From Saprolegnia diclina VS20 (lineage: Eukaryota), in NCBI RefSeq assembly GCF_000281045.1, contig NW_008246097.1, positions 91,741 through 155,740 of the forward strand: 64,000 nt of DNA, read 5' to 3'. This document shows positions 57,608 through 64,000 of this stretch, piece after piece (within the stretch, counting starts at the first letter, position 1; every line of letters begins with the position of its first letter). The position numbers were made by a program, and so were the translations under genes. The notes under the pieces were generated by a model. It searched no databases. It had not been told where the DNA came from and worked only from the letters and a program-made list of their open reading frames with translations.

Positions 57608-57950
57608 ACACACCGACTTACTTGTGTAATATCTATCAATGTATCAGAGCCAGACTGCAGCCCTTGGATTTCTGTCGCGTCCAACGAGCATGCTAACCCA
57701 TGATGCTAACGCTGAATGACACCCATCACACTTGTAGGGTTTGGGCAGGGATAGGGGTTGAAGTAAATGCAATGCCATCTCGGAATCGGGGACATGCTAG
57801 TTTATGCTGTGCACGAGAACAGTCGTAATGTAAAACCAAATTACAGGCTGCATCATCGGCATGCATACACAGCCCCAGCGTCAAGCTGACGTAATGTCAC
57901 CGAGCTTCACCTTACTTACGTTATAGCGTCATATCGTGATGGTATTCGAG

Positions 57951-59459
57951 CTACGCCGGGTCGGTACGCGGTGTCAACGACAGCCACATGCCTTGCTCGG
58001 GTGTGATGGAGACGCCGACGGCGTTGGGCATGACGCACGGTGCGTCATGCGGACGCGAGACGACACACCGACGCAAGACTGTCACAAGCATCACCATCGC
58101 TTCCAGCTGGGCAAAGCGCATGCCGACGCAGTTGCGTGGGCCACCCGAGAAGGTCATAAAGCGGAACGCGCGGTCTTTGGCGGCAATTCCATGTGCGACC
58201 GCGTCATCAAAATGGCGTTCGGGCTTGAACTCATCGGCATCGTCGCCCCAGTTGAGCGGCGATCGGTTCACAAACCAAATCGGGATCGTCATGATCGTGC
58301 CAGCCGGAACACAATGGTCGTCGAGCGTTAGTGGCGCCTCGAGGTGGCGTATAACAATCGGGCTGGCGGGGAAGAGGCGCATCGACTCGGTGAGGACCGC
58401 CGAGACGTACGGCAGTTGCTGCACCGCCTCGTATGTGATGGGCGCCGACGTGCCGACGACCTTGTCGATCTCGGCCACTGCTTTGGCTTGCACCTCTGGA
58501 TGCGTCGCGAGGAGGTAAAGTGCATACGCCATGCTCGTGCTGATCGTGTCCGAGCCCGCAAGCACAAAGGTAAACACATTGTCTGCAAGCGTGTCGGCGT
58601 CCATCGGCGAGTTGTCGGCGGAGGCGGCGTCGACCATGGCTTGGAGAAGATCAGGGTACGTCGAACCCGATGTGCCTGTGTGCAAGGCGTTTAGCCGCGC
58701 CTGCACGATCTCGCTGAGAATCGAGCGAGCGAGCGTCGCTTCCTTGACAAAGCGGCGATTCGCATGCGTCGGCACCCAGTGCAAGTGGCTCAGCGGCTTG
58801 TGCGCCTCGTCAAAACAGCGTCGGTTGGTCTCGCTCAGGAGAAAGGCGAGCGCTGTCGCCATCGGGTTGTGAACGTCGCGTAGCGATTGCAGGTCGTAGC
58901 CAAAGCCCGTGCGTCCGATCGTATCAAGCGCTGACCGCTTCAATAGCGTAAACACGTCCATCGACGGCGTCATTGCCTGCAGCCATATGTCCGTGAAGCT
59001 CTCGGCAATGGACGCCATGGCGGGGACCATGTTGGCAAGGTTCTGCCACTGGAAGGCCCGCGAGACGAGTCGCCGATGCAGCTTCCACTCGTTGTGCATG
59101 AGCTGTACGATCGACCGCTTCCCGACGAGCCGCTCAATGTGCATGTCAATGACAGGCACGGGCGCACGGTAGCTGGACGCGTTTACGACCTGGCGCACGT
59201 GGTCGGCGCGCGTCACGGCGACGCTGGGCTGCGCCATGATGCGGTACGAGACGATGCCGTTGGCATTGGCAGCATCACGGAAGAGGCGCCGCATGCCCGA
59301 GAGGGTCGAGAGCTGCATGGCTGCGCCGACGAACGGGACGTGGAGCGCGCTTGGGAACGGAAGGCCTTCCAGAAACGGCACGTTGCGGCCGAAGCGGTGG
59401 CACACGACTGCCAGCGCAACAACGAGACTCGCAGCAATCAGGGATGCCACGTCCAGCAT
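57951..59459 (-). CDS. Cytochrome P450, intronless
   Basis: N-terminal anchor, WKLHRR, I-helix AGSDT, ESMR, FKPERH and heme motif FSGGPRNCVG. Confidence 0.96.
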   Translation of the reverse strand: MLDVASLIAASLVVALAVVCHRFGRNVPFLEGLPFPSALHVPFVGAAMQLSTLSGMRRLFRDAANANGIVSYRIMAQPSVAVTRADHVRQVVNASSYRAPVPVIDMHIERLVGKRSIVQLMHNEWKLHRRLVSRAFQWQNLANMVPAMASIAESFTDIWLQAMTPSMDVFTLLKRSALDTIGRTGFGYDLQSLRDVHNPMATALAFLLSETNRRCFDEAHKPLSHLHWVPTHANRRFVKEATLARSILSEIVQARLNALHTGTSGSTYPDLLQAMVDAASADNSPMDADTLADNVFTFVLAGSDTISTSMAYALYLLATHPEVQAKAVAEIDKVVGTSAPITYEAVQQLPYVSAVLTESMRLFPASPIVIRHLEAPLTLDDHCVPAGTIMTIPIWFVNRSPLNWGDDADEFKPERHFDDAVAHGIAAKDRAFRFMTFSGGPRNCVGMRFAQLEAMVMLVTVLRRCVVSRPHDAPCVMPNAVGVSITPEQGMWLSLTPRTDPA

Positions 59460-59886
59460 GCTTGGGTGACTGTGAGGTCGGCTCAGCTTCTGGCCATCTT
59501 GCCTTCACAACCCGAGCCATGTGCAAAGACAGGTGGCGTTGGATTGGTGCATTTTAGCCAATCAACACGCGGCATTGAGATCCAACGATATTTGACCGAT
59601 CGGTCGGCCCTTCTCTCTCGACTGGCGACTTGCAGCAGCACGAAAGACATTGCCGTTGCATTAATGTACTAATGCAATAGTTACTTGGTAAAGCATAGAC
59701 AGTCTATCAGCATGTTCACGCGGGACCTCTGTACCAGTGAGAGTGTAGGTCCAAGCTTCCAGTCTACAGAGTAACGACAAAAATGACAACCAAAAGCTTA
59801 GCAAGTAGAAGTAGAAGTAGACATTAAACACAAGAAGGGCGATTCGGTCTCCTAACTCTTCGGGCCATTCAAGCACCACGCGGGCA

Positions 59887-61392
59887 CTACGCGGATACGG
59901 CTGCGCGCGGCGTCAGTGCGAGCCACATACCACCCTCGGGTGTGATCGAGATGCCGACGGCATTGGGCTCCACCGATGGCGCGTCACGTGGGCGCGTCAC
60001 GATATATTGGCGCAAGACCGTCGTCAGCACCACGGCGGCCTCCAGCTGCGCAAAGCGCATGCCGACGCAGTTGCGTGGACCGCCCGAGAAGCTCGCGAAC
60101 CGAAACGCGCGATCTTTGGCAGAAAACCGATCGCAGTCGGACGCGAGGTGGCGCTCGGGCTTGAACTCGGTGGCGTCGTTGCCCCAGTTGAGCGGCGACC
60201 TGTTGATGAACCACATGGGCAGCGCTAGCAGCGTGCCCGCCGGCACAACATGATCGCCAAGCACCAAGTCATCGTCTGCGTGGCGGTACGTGAACGGCGC
60301 AGGGGCGTAGAGGCGCAGTGCTTCCGTGAGGACCGCCGAAACGTACGGCAGTCGTTGCACAGCCTCATATGTGATGGGCGACGTCGTGCTGACGACCGTG
60401 TCGATCTCGGCGACTGCCTTGGCTTGCACGTCCGGGTGCATGGCGAGAAGGAAGAGCGTGTAGGCCATGGCCGAGCTCGTCGTGTCCGAGCCGGCAAAAA
60501 AGAAGGTGAGGACGTTGTCGGCGAGCGTCTTTGCGTCCATTGGCGAGTTGTCAGCGGACGCCGCATCCAGCATCGCCTCCAACAGATCATGATGCCGCAA
60601 GGACGACGCAGCATAGGTCGCGATACGCGCTTGGATGAGATTGTGCAGCGTAGTGCGAACGGTCCTGACGGCATCGGCATGTCGCCGGTTCATCCGCGTT
60701 GGTAGCCAGTAGAGGTGGCTGCTCGGGCACAGCGGCTGCTCGAGGCAGCGCCGGTTGACCTCATTGACGAGGAAATCGAGGGCTGACGCCATTGGGTTGG
60801 CTTCATCGAGCAAGGCGCCCATGTCGAAACCAAAGCCAGTGCGCCCGATGGTGTCGAGTGCCAAGCGCTTTAATAGCGGGAACACGTCGATAGCCGGCGT
60901 TGTCGCCTGGAGCCAGACGCCCACAAATGTCTCGGCGACCGACGCCATGGCCGGGACCATCGCAGCGAGGTTCTGCCACTGAAACGCACGCGAGATGAGC
61001 CGCCGATGGAGCTTCCACTCGTCGCGCATGAGCAGCGAGACCGAGCGGTCGCCCAAGAAGGCTTGCATGTGCATATCAATGATCGGCGTCGGACCGCGGT
61101 TCGTGGTCGCCATGTACACTTGGCGCACGTGGTCGGCGCGCGTGACGGCCACGCTGCGCTGCGTAAGAAGCCTGAACGAGACCATGCCGTTGGCGTCGGC
61201 CGCATCGACGAAGAGGCGCGTCATGCCCTTGAGCGTCGACATCTCGGTGGCGACACCGACAAAGGGCTTATGCAGCCCCGTCGGAAACGGTAGCCCGGGC
61301 AGGAACGGCGCGTTGCGGCCATAGCGGTGGCACACGTAAGCGACGAGGATGACTAGGATGGCGGCGCCAGCAGACGTGACTGATCCTTCCAT
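59887..61392 (-). CDS. Cytochrome P450, intronless, tandem paralogue
   Basis: WKLHRR, AGSDTTS, EALR, FKPERH and FSGGPRNCVG. Confidence 0.96.
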   Translation of the reverse strand: MEGSVTSAGAAILVILVAYVCHRYGRNAPFLPGLPFPTGLHKPFVGVATEMSTLKGMTRLFVDAADANGMVSFRLLTQRSVAVTRADHVRQVYMATTNRGPTPIIDMHMQAFLGDRSVSLLMRDEWKLHRRLISRAFQWQNLAAMVPAMASVAETFVGVWLQATTPAIDVFPLLKRLALDTIGRTGFGFDMGALLDEANPMASALDFLVNEVNRRCLEQPLCPSSHLYWLPTRMNRRHADAVRTVRTTLHNLIQARIATYAASSLRHHDLLEAMLDAASADNSPMDAKTLADNVLTFFFAGSDTTSSAMAYTLFLLAMHPDVQAKAVAEIDTVVSTTSPITYEAVQRLPYVSAVLTEALRLYAPAPFTYRHADDDLVLGDHVVPAGTLLALPMWFINRSPLNWGNDATEFKPERHLASDCDRFSAKDRAFRFASFSGGPRNCVGMRFAQLEAAVVLTTVLRQYIVTRPRDAPSVEPNAVGISITPEGGMWLALTPRAAVSA

Positions 61393-61764
61393 ATACTCAC
61401 AATGCACATGCTGGCAAGATGCTCAAACGACGTTCGAAATTTGGGACGATCTGATTGGCGCGTGATCGCAGGTCACAGCACCAGTCGCGGGACATGACGT
61501 GGCACGCTGAGTGTTATCTGGTTGTGCGTGCACAATAAGAAGCGGAAGGTAACAATAACATCGGACCCCATCGAGCAATAATGTGGTGACCAGCGTCCGG
61601 TTGCAGCGAAGCCGACAGGCTAGACGATGTTTGATTGGCCCAACTCATCCAATCAACGAGAGGTATTGCGATCTTCCACAATTCACTTTTGTCACGGACG
61701 ACAAGAGCATAGTTCACCTTGTGAAAATTGAGATCATTTATAAAGTCGTAGGATGATACAGTGC

Positions 61765-63014
61765 CTACTCGTCTTCCTTGCAGTGGTGTTGCACGGGACT
61801 GCCCGTCTCGGCCCACAAGTTGGCGGGCGTGATCGTATCGAGCTGAAGACCGCGGGACGTGGCCCAGCGCTGAAGGTTCTCCGGAGCGTACTTCATAGCC
61901 TTGTTTTGGTAGCGCTCAAACACGGTCTTGTCGATGGTTTCGTTCACCGACGTGTCTTCGTTGATCTTGCGCAAGTGCGTATGCCCGAGCATCATGACGC
62001 GCTGCTTCCAGTCGATGTCCATTTGCTCGCTGTCCCGAAGGTGCTCGGTGCCGTCGAGCGTAAACTCTTTCTTGAAGACAAGTCCTTGCTGGATCGCGCA
62101 CTGCTGCACCCAGCGCAGCGGAATAAACGAGAGCACGTCCGTGGCGGAGAAGCCGCCGCCAATGTTGCTGTGGACGCCGGCAAACCAGCGCTGCTCGACA
62201 AAGTGCATGGCCTTTTCATCTTCCAAGGCGACCTCTTGGCTGTCGTCGTCGCCAGAGCTCGTAATTTGTCGGATCGAGTCCAGGTTCATGTGGTCCGTGA
62301 AGCGCTTGGGCGGCTCCTCGCAATACATGACTTGAAACGACTCGCGGTGCTCGTCGATCGCCATGGCGTGGACGATGCGGCCAACCTTGGTCGGGTTCTG
62401 GCCGTACCGGTGCCGGTCGCTCCGCGGGTCGGCGGCCACAACGTCAAAGATGCCGACAAAGTGGATCTCAATTGGCGTGCAGTGGTTGATCATGATCGCC
62501 TCCGTCGTGGTCAGCGACCCCCGCTTCGTCTCGGGCAGCGCGAGAAGCTGGTCTAGAGACCGCGCACTCTTGTTCTTGTGCACGAGCTCGTACTGGTCCC
62601 AGAGCTTGTCGACAGTGGCCGCACTGTCGGGCGCTGCGAGACCGCACGTGTCGATGAACCCGAGGAGGGCTCGCACCTCAAACGCTCCGCGGCTGAACCT
62701 ACGGTATCCAAAGGCATAAGGTGTCGTTACAGTGCAGATTGTACGTACCCAAAAAGGTACACCTTGTCGCCGGGGACGTAGACCTTGGCGAGATACTCGT
62801 ACACATTGTGGATGATGTCCTTCATGCCCACGGCAAGGAGGCCGCCCGTCAAGTAGGACCCCCACGAGGTGCCAACACCGGGAAAATACTCCTTGATTTG
62901 GTCATCGGACGTGGCTGTCGCGTCGTAAAGGCGGTGGACGTTGGTGTCCGACTCGGGCGTGTTCCACGTGCCGTCCATGAAGAGGGCGATGCGCTTTGGG
63001 GTCGTCGTCGTCAT
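61765..63014 (-). CDS. DUF2235 / Tle1-like alpha-beta hydrolase (putative phospholipase), one intron at 62699-62748
   Basis: KRIALFMDGTWN, TNVHRL, YFPGVGT, YLFG|FSRGA, FVGIFDVV, HAMAIDEHR and WFAGVHSNIGGG. Confidence 0.92.
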
Positions 63015-63029
63015 GAGAGCTCGAGAGTG

Positions 63030-63045
63030 CAAATTGAAAAATGAG
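63030..63045 (-). promoter_or_regulatory. Oomycete INR/FPR core promoter element
   Basis: Minus strand CTCATTTTTCAATTTG, ending 15 nt upstream of the ATG at 63014. Confidence 0.75.
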
Positions 63046-63642
63046 AGCAGAGGAAGCCGTGGTGGGTCGCACGCCAACGGTAGTAAAAACAGAGGTTGAT
63101 ATTCGAGCAATCTTGCAGCTTGGAGGTTGACGGGTGTTTCGAAATTTTACTAAAATTTATCGTCTTGGCGCCATTAGTGGACGCTGCTTAAAATGAGACA
63201 CAAAGGTGTTTCATGGCGCAACGTGCAGTGCGTTCTCCGCCGTGATAGTTCGTTTCCTCTTTTAAACGTCCGACCACTCGAGAGCGATCGTTAGAGCACC
63301 TCGGTGGTGAAGTTACGACGTTCGGCGAGGACCATCGATAGTTCAGAGGTTTATCTTTCAAGGACTCGCATGCCATAGAGGAAATGCAGGTGGACGCTTG
63401 CACGATGCACGCATATCTCTTTTCGCCAACCGCATGCGGAAGATTGCGCTGGAGAAGCGTCTGAGAAACCTGGAAACCACTGAACCGCCACGTTGGTTTT
63501 TCGAAGGGGCTGTGGCTCGCCACGTCATAGCCCTAGAAACAATATACTATACAAAATGAGATATATTTGAAACGGCACACTTAGTGGGATGCGGACTTGA
63601 TCGAATCATCGGATTGCACCGCTTGGGAAGAAGAACTTCGGA

Positions 63643-64000
63643 ATGGAGCGGACGAGCAGCGGCAAGGTGGGCGGGCCGCCCGAGCCCTTAGCCCAGGACA
63701 GCGACGACGTCAAGATCCACAGCCTCGTGGATCAGGCGCTAGCGAGCGTCCAGCACAAGATCAACATCCATTCGATCCGCAGTCTCTTTAGGTAGGGTTG
63801 CCTGCCACCATCGTCGCCCCACGGAAGCCGTAGCTTTATGGGCATTGGCGAGGAGCACCCGTTCTCGGCGCTGCCGCAGGCGCAGCTCGTCCTGCGGCTT
63901 CGGCGCAACTTGGAGTACTTCCTCGTCAACTACATCCTCGTGTTTGGCCTCGTCTTCTTCTGCGTCTTGTACGTACCATCTTCCGCCCGGGTACCGTGTC
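63643..64000 (+). CDS. PRA1 (prenylated Rab acceptor) family protein, partial, spliced
   Basis: IRSLF|FMGIGEEHPFSALP...RLRRNLEYFLVNYILV matches the PRA1 R...NL.YF..NY motif. Confidence 0.8.

Noticed and set aside
59803..59822. (AAGTAG)3 microsatellite between the P450 genes
   Set aside because: Too short to distinguish from chance; no terminal repeats or other element features nearby.

Overview
Eukaryotic, gene-dense, GC-rich DNA with many short (mostly ~40-60 nt) GT-AG introns and oomycete-type INR/FPR core promoters (TCATTTT-n-CA[A/T]TT). Gene content (DNAAF4, elicitin-like gene, TKL kinase remnant, secreted S1/P1 nucleases) points to an oomycete, probably Saprolegniaceae; this is inference, not a database result. 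About 30 protein-coding loci are recognisable. Housekeeping genes: cofilin, PRP38, NKAP, a USP deubiquitinase, two CaCA exchangers, peroxisomal acyl-CoA oxidase, an ATRX-like SNF2 ATPase, DNAAF4 and PRA1. Accessory loci: a Uma2-like PD-(D/E)xK nuclease missed by the ORF track, four secreted S1/P1 nucleases in an array, two tandem P450s and a Tle1-like DUF2235 hydrolase. The best candidate for an undescribed system is the head-to-head pair at 6539-12989. One gene encodes a membrane-anchored modular collagen-like protein: repeated [His/Tyr cap + exactly 26 Gly-X-Y triplets + His clasp] units joined by DKPA linkers, then a Cys-rich ectodomain. The other encodes a Cys-rich type I membrane protein. 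Both ends of the shared promoter carry the same paired CCAAT module. No rRNA, tRNA, CRISPR array or intact transposon was recognised. Spliced-gene coordinates are read by eye and span introns.
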